Assembly (NCBI GenBank): GCA_028278035.1
Contig: JANQFC010000065.1
Span: 1,558 to 65,557 of the forward strand
DNA length: 64,000 nt
Direction of reading: 5' to 3'
Source: Chlamydiales bacterium
GTDB lineage: Bacteria; Chlamydiota; Chlamydiia; Chlamydiales; SM23-39
Shown: positions 34,065 to 44,433 of the stretch, one piece after another
Position numbering within the stretch: position 1 is the first letter of the stretch
How the letters are laid out: each line of letters starts with the position of its first letter
The notes under the pieces: generated by a model
What the model saw: only the letters and a program-made list of their open reading frames with translations
Told to the model about the DNA's origin: nothing
The model's database searches: none
Made by a program: the position numbers and the translations under genes

Positions 34065-34976
34065 ATGTTTAAATTTTTTAAATCAAAGATCAAAAAAATA
34101 GGAAGCAAGTTAAAAAAATTTTCTATTGGAAAAAAATTAAAGGATTTATTTTCCAAAAAAATTGATGAAGACTTATTTGAAGAGCTGGAAAAAATCTTAT
34201 ATGAATCTGATCTAGGAGCAAAAACCTCAATCGAGCTTACAGAAAAAATAAAAGAAATATTCAAAAAAAATCCTCAAATCCAAACAGAAGAAATACTCAC
34301 TTTAATAAAACAGGAATTAAAAAAAGAAATTATTCCCATTAAAATAGAAAAAGAAAACAATCCTCAAGTAATTATGATAGTTGGAGTTAACGGCAGCGGA
34401 AAAACAACTTCTCTTGCCAAGCTTGTAAATCATTATAAAAACTTCGGAAAAAAAGTATTAATTGCAGCGGCTGATACATACAGAGCAGCGGCTGTAGAAC
34501 AAGTAGACACCTGGGCAAAAAGACTTGATGTAAACATAGTAAAATCCCAGATGAAAAGCGATCCGTCTTCTGTTGTCTACGATGCGCTAGAGGCGGCTAA
34601 AGCCAGAAAAGCAGATGTTGTAATAATAGATACAGCAGGTCGACTACATACCAAAACTGATTTAATGCATGAGCTTGAAAAAATAAAAAGAGTATCTAAC
34701 AAAGTAATCGAAGGCTCTCCTCACGAAACAATTTTAGTGCTGGATGCCACAACAGGACAAAACGCACTGGACCAAGCAAAGATATTTAATAAGTTCACGC
34801 CTATCTCTGCCATATTTTTAACAAAACTGGACGGAACAGCTAAAGGCGGTATAGTAATATCTATTCAAAAAGAGCTGAAAATACCAATAAAATGGGTAGG
34901 AACAGGAGAGACTATAGAAGATATAGATCTATTCGATCCTGAAAAATTTTTAGATGATCTTTTAGCTATTAGTTAA
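34065..34976 (+). CDS. ftsY: signal recognition particle receptor FtsY
   Basis: GVNGSGKTTS, DTAGR and TKLDGTAKGG motifs. Confidence 0.93.
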   Translation: MFKFFKSKIKKIGSKLKKFSIGKKLKDLFSKKIDEDLFEELEKILYESDLGAKTSIELTEKIKEIFKKNPQIQTEEILTLIKQELKKEIIPIKIEKENNPQVIMIVGVNGSGKTTSLAKLVNHYKNFGKKVLIAAADTYRAAAVEQVDTWAKRLDVNIVKSQMKSDPSSVVYDALEAAKARKADVVIIDTAGRLHTKTDLMHELEKIKRVSNKVIEGSPHETILVLDATTGQNALDQAKIFNKFTPISAIFLTKLDGTAKGGIVISIQKELKIPIKWVGTGETIEDIDLFDPEKFLDDLLAIS

Positions 34977-35008
34977 TTTTATTTCTTATTTCTGTTATAA
35001 AAATTAAT

Positions 35009-35785
35009 ATGCAAAAAGAATATAAATTATTACTGCAAGATACAATAACTTATCTCAAAAGTTTAGATGCATCCCACATTCATCTAGATGATAATATCAT
35101 CAATAAACTCAAAACCTACTACAAACACAAAAAACCTACTTTAAAAATAAAGCCTGCGGTTAAACAGCACATAATCAAAAAACAAACTTCGTTCATAAAA
35201 AAAGAGCAGCAACAGCCTAAACCAATAGAGAAAAAAGTTGAAAAAAAATTAAGTAAGCCTGTTGTAATAAAAGAAAAACTCCAAATCAAAATAGATAATT
35301 TTGATGATATAAAGCTTTTTATAAAAACAACATCTCCAAACACAAAAATACTAGATATTCCGATAGATGATAAATTAGCTAAAAAACTATTAATCAAATA
35401 TAAGCTAAAAGAAATCTCTTATCCTATTACAATTTTAGCTTATAAAGAAAATGAAATAGCGCATAAGTTCTTAGAAAAAATAGCAAAAGCCATAAGCGTA
35501 TATTTTTATGACTGCAGGGTGATTTCTGCATATGCAATAGAAAAAAAAGAAATGTGGGAAGAGCTGCTATCTGAAAAAGTAAAACTAATAATTACATCCG
35601 ATATCACAATATCAGAATTAAAAGGTCTTAATAAACATTACAAAAAAAATCCTATCACTTCCCAACAATTCGTAAAAAATATTCCGATATTTTTACTACC
35701 TGATATTTCCATATACTTAAAAGAACCGACATTAAAAAAATCCCTTTTTATGACACTGAAAGAAACCTTCAAAAAACTAAAATGA
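35009..35785 (+). CDS. hypothetical Lys-rich protein
   Basis: 258-aa ORF whose stop overlaps the priA start (ATGA). No motif was recognised. Confidence 0.5.
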   Translation: MQKEYKLLLQDTITYLKSLDASHIHLDDNIINKLKTYYKHKKPTLKIKPAVKQHIIKKQTSFIKKEQQQPKPIEKKVEKKLSKPVVIKEKLQIKIDNFDDIKLFIKTTSPNTKILDIPIDDKLAKKLLIKYKLKEISYPITILAYKENEIAHKFLEKIAKAISVYFYDCRVISAYAIEKKEMWEELLSEKVKLIITSDITISELKGLNKHYKKNPITSQQFVKNIPIFLLPDISIYLKEPTLKKSLFMTLKETFKKLK

Positions 35786-38007
35786 AAAAATATGCATCTA
35801 TCATCCTAGATACTAATATCGGGAAATTATTAGACTACTCAATCCCCCAAGAGCTTATAGATAAAACTAAAAAAGGAATGCTGGTAGAAGTACCTCTTAG
35901 AAACACATATCGAAAGGGTTATATTTTAGAAATAAAAGACAAAACCTTAATAAAAAAAACTCTTCCCATCAAAAGAATCGTACTAGATGAGGTAATTACT
36001 ACAGATGTTTTTTATTTAGCTCATTTCATGAGCAGATATTATCTTTGTAACATCTCAAAAATTCTAAAACAAATAATCCCCACCAGTATAAGAAAAGAAA
36101 TTGATCCCAAGTCCCAAATATTTTTAACAGCAGCCAAATCAAAAAAAGAGTTGGCCAAGTTATGTACCGATCTAATTAGAAAAAATCCCAAACAGGCAAA
36201 AGTGTTAGAGCACTTTTTAAAAGCAAAAAAAGGTCTTTTTTTATCTGAGCTGTTAAACTCTGAAAACATATCTAAAAGCCCAATAGATACTCTCATTAGA
36301 AAAAAAATCCTAACTTCCAAAAAAATAACCTTAGACCAAGTTGATTTTTTTATAAATCAAGAGTATTTTCCTACCAAGAAAAAACAATTAACCAAAGAAC
36401 AGCAAATAACCCTTCAGAAAATAAATAAAAGTATTGAAAATAATACATTTGATACCCACCTGATCTACGGTGTTACCGGAAGCGGCAAAACCGAGATCTA
36501 TCTGCAAGCAATAGAAAAAGCCCTCAATCAAAATAAAACTGCTATAATGTTGATACCGGAAATAGCTTTGACTTCTCAAACAATAGAAAAATTCAAAGCC
36601 CGCTTCAAAGAAAAAATAGCCGTTTTCAATCACAGAAAAAGTCACGGAGAAAAAAAACAGATCTGGAAAGATCTTTTAGATAATAAAATTAAAATATTAA
36701 TAGGGGCTAGATCTGCGATCTTTGTTCCTATTAAAAATCTTGGCATTATTATAGTAGATGAGGAACATGATCCTTCATATAAACAAGCAGAGGAAATGCC
36801 GACTTATAATGCAAAAAACTTATCTATAAAAAGAGCACAATTGGCATCCTGTCCAGTAGTCTTGGCTAGTGCTACCCCTTCTTTTGAAAGTTACTATAAC
36901 GCACAAAACAAAAAATACATTTTAAGCACTCTTACAAAAAGGGCGACCAAAGCAACTCTTCCTAAAGTTACGATAGTGGACATGAAAGTAGACATAGAAA
37001 AAACAAAATCTTTTACCTACTTTTCCGAAGCTTTACTAAACGGCATAAAAAAACGATATGATCTGGGAGAACAGACTTTAATATTTCTAAACAGAAGAGG
37101 TTATAATACTTTAGTTCAATGTTTAAACTGCTCTACTACATTTAAATGCAAGCACTGCGACATTGCCCTCACCTATCATAAAAAAGAAAATATATTATGC
37201 TGCCATTTATGTGCTTATAAAATACCTCTTTTTAAAACATGCCCTGAATGCAACAGCACAGAGTACATCAAATATAAAGGCTTTGGAACAGAGCATGTAG
37301 AAATAGCCTTAAAAAGAATATTTCCCCAAATAAGAGCCCTTAGAATAGATAGAGACACAACAACTACTAAGCATAGCCACGAAACCCTCTTAAAAAGTTT
37401 CAGAGCAGGAAAGGCCGATGTCCTAATAGGCACCCAAATGATTGTAAAAGGACTCCATTTTCCGGCAGTTACATTAGTTGGGGTATTAAATACAGATTCT
37501 GCTATTAATATTCCTGATTTCCGCTCTTCTGAAAACGTATTTCAGCTAATAACCCAGGTAGCAGGAAGAGCAGGAAGAGAAGATCTTTTAGGAGAAGTCA
37601 TTATCCAAACCTATAATCCAAATAATTCTACCATTAAACTGGCTGCAAAGCAGGACTACGAAAACTTCTATAACATGGAAATTGAAAACAGGAATATATT
37701 TGACTACCCTCCATTTTCACAAATGGTAAAATTCGTCTTTTCTTCAAAAGACGAAAACAAGGTTGTAAACTTTTCTAATATCTTCAGAAATGAACTTATA
37801 AAAAATCTATCTAATGAATATAAGATACATCCAATCACCCCATCCGGCAGAGCAAAAATAAAAGATAAATTTATTTATCTATTTTTGATAAGAGGTAAGA
37901 AAATCCTCCCCCTCTTGGAAAACATCAACAAAGTTAAAAACAAAATAAAGCTTCCGTCTTCTGTAAGCCTGCTAATAGATGTAGATCCCATTAGCACATT
38001 TTTTTAA
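35782..38007 (+). CDS. priA: primosomal protein N' (replication restart helicase PriA)
   Basis: GVTGSGKTE and VDEEHD motifs. Cys-rich zinc region CLNCSTTFKCKHCD...CHLC...CPECNS. Confidence 0.93.
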   Translation: MKKYASIILDTNIGKLLDYSIPQELIDKTKKGMLVEVPLRNTYRKGYILEIKDKTLIKKTLPIKRIVLDEVITTDVFYLAHFMSRYYLCNISKILKQIIPTSIRKEIDPKSQIFLTAAKSKKELAKLCTDLIRKNPKQAKVLEHFLKAKKGLFLSELLNSENISKSPIDTLIRKKILTSKKITLDQVDFFINQEYFPTKKKQLTKEQQITLQKINKSIENNTFDTHLIYGVTGSGKTEIYLQAIEKALNQNKTAIMLIPEIALTSQTIEKFKARFKEKIAVFNHRKSHGEKKQIWKDLLDNKIKILIGARSAIFVPIKNLGIIIVDEEHDPSYKQAEEMPTYNAKNLSIKRAQLASCPVVLASATPSFESYYNAQNKKYILSTLTKRATKATLPKVTIVDMKVDIEKTKSFTYFSEALLNGIKKRYDLGEQTLIFLNRRGYNTLVQCLNCSTTFKCKHCDIALTYHKKENILCCHLCAYKIPLFKTCPECNSTEYIKYKGFGTEHVEIALKRIFPQIRALRIDRDTTTTKHSHETLLKSFRAGKADVLIGTQMIVKGLHFPAVTLVGVLNTDSAINIPDFRSSENVFQLITQVAGRAGREDLLGEVIIQTYNPNNSTIKLAAKQDYENFYNMEIENRNIFDYPPFSQMVKFVFSSKDENKVVNFSNIFRNELIKNLSNEYKIHPITPSGRAKIKDKFIYLFLIRGKKILPLLENINKVKNKIKLPSSVSLLIDVDPISTFF

Positions 38008-38903
38008 GCCACATAACTTTTTATACAAAAACCTGCTAAAATTCCTGCTAGAAATATAAAAATTGTTATGACAAAATCTCTTCTAAATTGTTGAGTGAAT
38101 TGATATCTCTCAAACCGTTTAGGAGAAATTATTAAAGCTTCTCCTAATCGCCCTGAATCAATTAACTTTTCAAAAAGAATCTTTTTTATCTGGTGTTGAT
38201 CTGTTCTGCGTATTACCGGCATAATATTCATAGCTATGCCTAAATGGTTATTTTTTAATGCCTCATGACATAGCATTAATAAATGTTCATTTTTTTCATC
38301 AGTATCCTCTTCACGCATTAATGCAATTGCTTGTATAGAGTTTGCATATTCCTGCTTCTCAAAATGACGTATAAATAATAACCTTGCGGCCTTAGTTCTT
38401 CTTTGACTATCCTCAGGCATAGCTTCTATTAACGCTTTAGCTTTAGTAAAATCATTTTGATCTAAATGAAACCTAAAAAAAGCAAACAAACAATTTTCCC
38501 TTTGAGTATCATTCATATAAGTCATTACTTTTTCAGCTTCCTGTAAATTTTTGTATTGAAGGTACTTTTTACAAATAATTTCTAAATTCGTCCAATTTCG
38601 TTGAATAGAACTATCAAAATAAAACTTTCCATCAACATGCTTTAATGCTTCTAACGGTAAATCAAAAAGTTTATTCTCCGATATTCTTTTGCCTGCTCTT
38701 AAAAGAGCCCAATATACTGAATTAGGATACACCTCTAAATACTTTTTAACAGTATCGCTACTGTTTCTTAACCCCTCTAATACGATCAAGAATCTGGGAT
38801 TTTCTACCATAGCTTCATCAAATATTTTAAATTGGAGTTCGTCTGGCAATACAGATACTCTTGTAACTAGATCAATTTTTTTGGGGTGGGTATAAGTACT
38901 CAT
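38004..38903 (-). CDS. hypothetical tail-anchored protein with an F-box-like N-terminus and TPR-like helical repeats
   Basis: LPDELQFKIFDEAM resembles the F-box core LPdEll.kIf. The C-terminal TM segment is VITIFIFLAGILAGFCI. Confidence 0.45.
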   Translation of the reverse strand: MSTYTHPKKIDLVTRVSVLPDELQFKIFDEAMVENPRFLIVLEGLRNSSDTVKKYLEVYPNSVYWALLRAGKRISENKLFDLPLEALKHVDGKFYFDSSIQRNWTNLEIICKKYLQYKNLQEAEKVMTYMNDTQRENCLFAFFRFHLDQNDFTKAKALIEAMPEDSQRRTKAARLLFIRHFEKQEYANSIQAIALMREEDTDEKNEHLLMLCHEALKNNHLGIAMNIMPVIRRTDQHQIKKILFEKLIDSGRLGEALIISPKRFERYQFTQQFRRDFVITIFIFLAGILAGFCIKSYVA

Positions 38904-39085
38904 TGTTAATTTCTTATTTTTTTTATAATTACTAAATTAATAATGCTTTTTTATAATTAAAATTATAACATAATTTAAAATTTAATTTAATTATATTTAA
39001 TTAATATCTAAACAATTAATAATCAGATAATTACATAAGAAAATAAATAACTAATTTAAAGTATCTTACGATAAATTAATCAAAA

Positions 39086-40477
39086 TCAGTTACTTATAAA
39101 TTGACTCTTAGCTTGCTCTATAAAAAGCTCCAAACCGTTAATAGTCTTTAAGCCCTTATTTTTGGCTTCTTTCAAAAAAATAGTATCAATAGGCTTGGAT
39201 ACTACATCCAAAGCAATTAAGCCTTCTTTAAAAGCTTCAGAAGAGATAATCAAGTGATCATTCATACTACAGGAGGTTGCATTAATGATAATATCATAGC
39301 CTTTTTGAATATGATCGTTTAGATCGTATATTGAAAAAGATAATAAGCCCAGCTTATCTGCAAGTTTTTTTGCTTTTTGAATGTCCCTGTTAAAAATCAA
39401 TACATCCTTCGTGTATTTTCTTATCTCATGAGCTATTGCACAGGCAACGCCTCCCGCTCCAAGCAAAATAACTTTTTTATTTCTTAAATTGATTTTTCCC
39501 AAAAGCAAACTAACACACGCCTTGCCATCAGTATTGTATCCTATTAATTTGCTATTTTTTAACTCTACAGTATTTATAGCCCCCACTTTTGAAAGGTCCT
39601 TATCTACAAAATTTAATATTTCTTTTTTTAAAGGCATGGTCACACTAAAGCCTTTAAAAAAAAGATCTTTTGCATATTTGATAAATCCGCTAAGTTCGTT
39701 CTTATTAACAGAAATTTTGATATATATGGAATTTTGATCAAAGTTGTTAAATCTTTTATTATGAAAAATATGACCGATACTATGATCTACAGGCTCACCG
39801 ATCAACGCATATATTTTGGTATTACTATTTACTTTTTTGATGTCATATATAGACATCAAATCATTTATGCTGAATTGCCCTAAAGCTACCGGTTTATCAA
39901 TAAATGCATAAATAAATGAGCTGTTAAAAACGGGAGCGATAATTCTTGTAAAAGCTCCTTTTTCACCCATTGCGATACCTATTATTTTTTCTTTTTTATT
40001 TCGAATAAACTTCATAAGTCTCATAGCGTCTAAAGAGCTATTGGCATAAACCGCAATTTTATACAAATCTACCTTTTCTTTTTTTATGTTAGAAAAAAGA
40101 TCTTCCAGATCTTCAGGAGTGTTTTCAAAATTATGGTAAGACAAAATGATTTGTAAATTAGGGTATGCATTTTTTATCTCATTGATAAAAGATTCAGACA
40201 CATCATATTCCAAATCTAAATAACAAGGTCTTAAACTTAAAAGATCTCTAAGATCTTTTAATCTATTTAAGCTTGTTTTATTATAATTGCCTCCTTGATC
40301 TTCTTTTCTTAAAGAAAAAATAACCTTTTTATCCTTAGGCATTAAAAGCTTAATTTTTTCTAAATCAAGCTTTTCAAATAAATCTAATCTAAACTCCAAT
40401 ACATCAGCAGATTTTGCTTTTGCAATTTGCCTAGAAGCTGACAAATAACTAGGCCCTGTTATTACCGCTATTAACAT
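39086..40477 (-). CDS. aroDE: bifunctional 3-dehydroquinate dehydratase (type I) / shikimate 5-dehydrogenase
   Basis: N-terminal type I DHQase-like half plus a C-terminal SDH half with NTDG and the GAGGVACAIA Rossmann motif. Confidence 0.85.
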   Translation of the reverse strand: MLIAVITGPSYLSASRQIAKAKSADVLEFRLDLFEKLDLEKIKLLMPKDKKVIFSLRKEDQGGNYNKTSLNRLKDLRDLLSLRPCYLDLEYDVSESFINEIKNAYPNLQIILSYHNFENTPEDLEDLFSNIKKEKVDLYKIAVYANSSLDAMRLMKFIRNKKEKIIGIAMGEKGAFTRIIAPVFNSSFIYAFIDKPVALGQFSINDLMSIYDIKKVNSNTKIYALIGEPVDHSIGHIFHNKRFNNFDQNSIYIKISVNKNELSGFIKYAKDLFFKGFSVTMPLKKEILNFVDKDLSKVGAINTVELKNSKLIGYNTDGKACVSLLLGKINLRNKKVILLGAGGVACAIAHEIRKYTKDVLIFNRDIQKAKKLADKLGLLSFSIYDLNDHIQKGYDIIINATSCSMNDHLIISSEAFKEGLIALDVVSKPIDTIFLKEAKNKGLKTINGLELFIEQAKSQFISN

Positions 40478-41532
40478 AACCTGTATCCTTCATTGGCAAA
40501 ATCTATTGCATGCAAAATTAAGTCTTTATCTACCAAAACATCTACTTTAACTTGACCGATCTTTTTTAAAAGAACAAATAAAGCAGTATTATTAATAGAT
40601 TTTTTATCATATTTAATTGCTTGTAAAATAAGATATTTATCTAATTTAACATCAAAAAGCATCTTTTGTTTTTTAAAAAAAGACAATATCCTAAAAAACT
40701 CTTCTTTTTTCAAAAGATTCATTTTGTAAGACAAAAAACTTTCTAAAACAGTTCCTATTAGTACAGCTTTGCCGTGAGATACTTTAAAATCACTGGCTTT
40801 TTCAACAGCATGAGCAATAGTATGAGCAAAATTCAAACTTTTTCTAATGTTTTTATCACTGATGTCTTTTTCAACAATTTCTTTTTTAATAAGTATATTT
40901 TTCTCTATCAGTTTTTCAGTGCTCAAACAATCAATTTCATTTAATAACTTTTCATCTGCAATCAATGCATGTTTTATTATTTCCGCCCGGCCGTTTAAAT
41001 GTTCTTTTGCAGACAAGGTTTTCAAAAATAAATAATCAATAAAAACAGCCTTTGGCTGACAAATAGATCCTATTAAATTTTTCCCATGTCTAGTATTAAC
41101 AGCACACTTTCCGCCAATAGAGGTATCTACCATAGCAAGAAGAGTTGTGGGAATCATAATAAAAGGAATTCCTCTTAAATAAGTAGATGCTAAAAAACCT
41201 GACAGATCGGAAGTAATACCACCGCCTAAAGACATAATCAAAGTATCTTTTTTAAAATTCCTATCTAATAATCTGTCTTCGAGCTCTTCTTTTGTTTTTC
41301 TAGTTTTCTTGTTCTCTAATGCGACAAACTCAAAAGCGGTGATATCCAAATTCTTATCATCAAATTCTTTGATAATTTTTTCAGATGTTTCTTTTAAATT
41401 CTTATCATAGATCAAAACAAATCTATTAGCTGAATTTTTACAAAATTCAGATATAACATTTTGCGATATTATATCTTTACCTAAAAAAATTGGATAAGAG
41501 CTGTCTTGTAAATTAACATTGATTTTTTTCAT
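40471..41532 (-). CDS. aroB: 3-dehydroquinate synthase
   Basis: GGGITSDLSGF, IPTTLLAMVDTSIGGK and HTIAHAVE motifs. Confidence 0.9.
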   Translation of the reverse strand: MKKINVNLQDSSYPIFLGKDIISQNVISEFCKNSANRFVLIYDKNLKETSEKIIKEFDDKNLDITAFEFVALENKKTRKTKEELEDRLLDRNFKKDTLIMSLGGGITSDLSGFLASTYLRGIPFIMIPTTLLAMVDTSIGGKCAVNTRHGKNLIGSICQPKAVFIDYLFLKTLSAKEHLNGRAEIIKHALIADEKLLNEIDCLSTEKLIEKNILIKKEIVEKDISDKNIRKSLNFAHTIAHAVEKASDFKVSHGKAVLIGTVLESFLSYKMNLLKKEEFFRILSFFKKQKMLFDVKLDKYLILQAIKYDKKSINNTALFVLLKKIGQVKVDVLVDKDLILHAIDFANEGYRLC

Positions 41533-42593
41533 AACATAGCCGATCTATTTAGTAATATTAAATCAGATATGACTATTGAACACATAGCTTCTACTATCGG
41601 AACTGCTCTAATAGCTGCACACATATCGTGCCTTGAAGTTCTATTGATTTTATATTTTTTAGTGTTGCCTTTAATATCTACTGTAGTCTGCTCTTTATCA
41701 ATTGTAGAGATCGGTTTAAAAGCAATCCTTCCATTTACGTCCATTCCATTAGAAATTCCGGCCAACACTCCACCTTCATTATTTGTTTTGGTATAAAAAT
41801 TGTTATTTTCATATCTGAACAAATCATTTCGGGTAGATCCTCTTTTTTTCACTGATTCAAATCCATCCCCCATTTCAAAACCCTTAACAGCAGGAAGCGA
41901 CATTAAAGCATAAGACAAGTAAGCATCTAGTTTATTATAAATAGGCTCACCAAGACCCATTGGAGAGCCTTTTATGATAAATTCAACAACTCCTCCAATA
42001 GAATCTCCTTCTTGTTTTATTTGACTCAGGAGATTTAACATTTCTTTTTCTCTTGTCTTATCAGGACAGTAAATTTTGGATTTATATATCCTTTTTAAAT
42101 CGATGTCTTGAACAGCAATACTACCTATTTGTTTAACATATGCAAAAACTTCAATCTTATAATGAGATAATATCTTTTTTGCAAAAGCGCCGGCTATAAC
42201 TCTAGCCACCGTTTCTCTAGCGGAAGCCCTGGAAGATCCTCTATGATCAAAAACCTTATATTTTTGCAAATATGTAAAATTGGCATGAGAGGGCCTTAAA
42301 ACATCTTTTATTTCATCATATGCACTGGAATCAATATCTTTATTTTTTACAATCACGCATATGGGAGCACCGGTTGTTATATTTTCATAAATGCCCGATA
42401 AGATCTGCACTTTATCTATTTCTTTTCTCTTAGTAGTAAAATCGTTATCTAACATTCTTCTTGTTAAATCCTGATTGATCTCAGCTTCTAATATCAAAAT
42501 ATTAGAAGGACAACCATCGATGACCACTCCAATATATGGTCCGTGCGATTCTCCAAAAGTAGTTACTTTAAAAATATTTCCCAAACCGTTCAT
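41529..42593 (-). CDS. aroC: chorismate synthase
   Basis: FGESHG, RPSHA and GRSSARETV-like (GSSRASARETVARV) motifs. Confidence 0.93.
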   Translation of the reverse strand: MNGLGNIFKVTTFGESHGPYIGVVIDGCPSNILILEAEINQDLTRRMLDNDFTTKRKEIDKVQILSGIYENITTGAPICVIVKNKDIDSSAYDEIKDVLRPSHANFTYLQKYKVFDHRGSSRASARETVARVIAGAFAKKILSHYKIEVFAYVKQIGSIAVQDIDLKRIYKSKIYCPDKTREKEMLNLLSQIKQEGDSIGGVVEFIIKGSPMGLGEPIYNKLDAYLSYALMSLPAVKGFEMGDGFESVKKRGSTRNDLFRYENNNFYTKTNNEGGVLAGISNGMDVNGRIAFKPISTIDKEQTTVDIKGNTKKYKINRTSRHDMCAAIRAVPIVEAMCSIVISDLILLNRSAML

Positions 42594-43084
42594 AATTTTT
42601 TTAATCTTTTTACAATGTCTTCTATATTTATTTTTTCTACATCAATTTCCATATCCGCTATCTCCTCATAAATATCCAGTCTTTCAAAATAAGTACTTTC
42701 AATAGATTTTATAGGATCGTTATTATCTGTATGTAAATTATTATCATCTTTTAAAATCCGGTTTTTCAAAGTATCTAAAGCAGCTTTTAGGTAAATAATA
42801 AAATTGTTTTTTCTCAAAAAAATAAGATTATTCTCATTTATTATAGCACCTCCTCCTACCGATATGATTGCATTATCAATATAGGTAATGCTCTTAATGA
42901 TTTTACTTTCAATCTTCCTAAAAGCATCCGTGCCCAATTTTTTATAAATTTCATAACAGGTCATTTTATTTTTTTTCTCGATAAGATCATCAGTATCAAT
43001 AAAAATTCTGTTCATTTTTTTACTCAAAGCTTTTGCAATAGATGTTTTACCGACTTTTTTAAATCCTATTAAAATTATATTCAT
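42590..43084 (-). CDS. aroK: shikimate kinase
   Basis: P-loop GFKKVGKTS, a DTD motif, and ISVGGG. Confidence 0.85.
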   Translation of the reverse strand: MNIILIGFKKVGKTSIAKALSKKMNRIFIDTDDLIEKKNKMTCYEIYKKLGTDAFRKIESKIIKSITYIDNAIISVGGGAIINENNLIFLRKNNFIIYLKAALDTLKNRILKDDNNLHTDNNDPIKSIESTYFERLDIYEEIADMEIDVEKINIEDIVKRLKKL

Positions 43085-44343
43085 AAAATATTCGCCCCCA
43101 AAAATTTTAAATCTTTCAGAAAATCAGGATAGCTTTTTTTTATGCAGTCAATGTCCTCTACTTTGGTGAGTCCCTTTATATTTAATCCTGCAACAAAAAG
43201 CGCCATTGCTATTCTATGATCTTTATGAGATGAAACCACCGCTGGCTTTAAAAAAGACTTTTTAATAATCAGCCCATCTGTCCGCTCTATTACATAGGCA
43301 CCCATTTTTTTCAGTTCTTTTGTTATACATCCTAGTCTGTCAGACTCTTTTTTCTTTGCAACCGATGCATTTTTTAAAATTAGCCCTCCATCTATAAAAC
43401 AGGCCAAAACTGCCAAAATAGGAACGCTATCGATAAAGTCGTTTACATCAATTTCAATCCCGCCTTTTAAACAAGATTTTTTTATTTCAATAAAATCTTG
43501 TCCCACCTCAATATTGGCACCAAGTTTTTTTAACAACCCAATTACTTTAAAATCTCCTTGATATTCATCAAAAATTACATCTTTGATTATAATATCGCTT
43601 TTAGTTATCAACGCAGCCGTTATCGGAAACAACATAGAGCTGAAATCGCTTGGAACTGTATATTTAAACCCTTGAAAATAATTAGGCCCGAATATCTTAT
43701 ATTTATTATAACCGTCGTTTTCATATTTAATATCTAACCTTTTAAGCCAGTCAAGCGTCATATCCACAAAAGGTTTTTCTCCGGGATTTTGAACGTTTAT
43801 CTCACTATCTCCATTTACTAAAGATAGAGCTATCAACAAAGAAGATACAAACTGGGAATCTTCTCCATTTACCATAACATTGCCTGAAGTTATCGGTCCT
43901 GTTATGCCAAGAGGTGCAAACCCATTATTAGATGTGATATTAGCTCCTAATTTTTTCAAAGCACCTATTAATGAACCCATGCTTCTATTGCAGCAAATAG
44001 ATGTATCTCCCGTAATATTAATTTTTTGATTCGTCAAAGCAAAAACAGAACTTAAAAATCGAAGGGCAATCCCTGAATTACCAACATTAATAGTGGTTTC
44101 TTTTTTAATATTTATTTTAGAGCCTGTAATTTTTAAATTATTACTATCAATCTCGACTTCAGCACCTAATTTTCTGCAGGCTTCTATCATCGCAAAAACA
44201 TCGCTAGAGGGTAAAAAATTAAAAATCTTTGATTTCCCTTCTGCAATAGAGGCAAACAATACGGCCCTCATAGTTTGTGACTTCGAAGAAGACATAGAAA
44301 TAACGCCTTTAATATTTGATTTTTTTATAAAGTAACCAGCCAT
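43081..44343 (-). CDS. aroA: 3-phosphoshikimate 1-carboxyvinyltransferase (EPSP synthase)
   Basis: SSKSQTMRAVL, GNSGIALRFL and DHRIAMA motifs. The start was chosen at the ATG at 44343. Confidence 0.9.
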   Translation of the reverse strand: MAGYFIKKSNIKGVISMSSSKSQTMRAVLFASIAEGKSKIFNFLPSSDVFAMIEACRKLGAEVEIDSNNLKITGSKINIKKETTINVGNSGIALRFLSSVFALTNQKINITGDTSICCNRSMGSLIGALKKLGANITSNNGFAPLGITGPITSGNVMVNGEDSQFVSSLLIALSLVNGDSEINVQNPGEKPFVDMTLDWLKRLDIKYENDGYNKYKIFGPNYFQGFKYTVPSDFSSMLFPITAALITKSDIIIKDVIFDEYQGDFKVIGLLKKLGANIEVGQDFIEIKKSCLKGGIEIDVNDFIDSVPILAVLACFIDGGLILKNASVAKKKESDRLGCITKELKKMGAYVIERTDGLIIKKSFLKPAVVSSHKDHRIAMALFVAGLNIKGLTKVEDIDCIKKSYPDFLKDLKFLGANIL

Positions 44344-44433
44344 ATATAATTTAATTTTTATCTTTAATTGCAAAAAAGAGCCCTAATTATATAAAATTAA
44401 ACAAAAAATGTCGTCAAAATAGGATATATTAAC

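Noticed and set aside
39086-44373. The tightly overlapping aroA-aroK-aroC-aroB-aroDE operon as something unusual.
   Set aside because: The 4-nt start/stop overlaps (7 nt at aroB/aroDE) and the AroD-AroE fusion are the normal chlamydial arrangement of the shikimate pathway. This is ordinary translational coupling.
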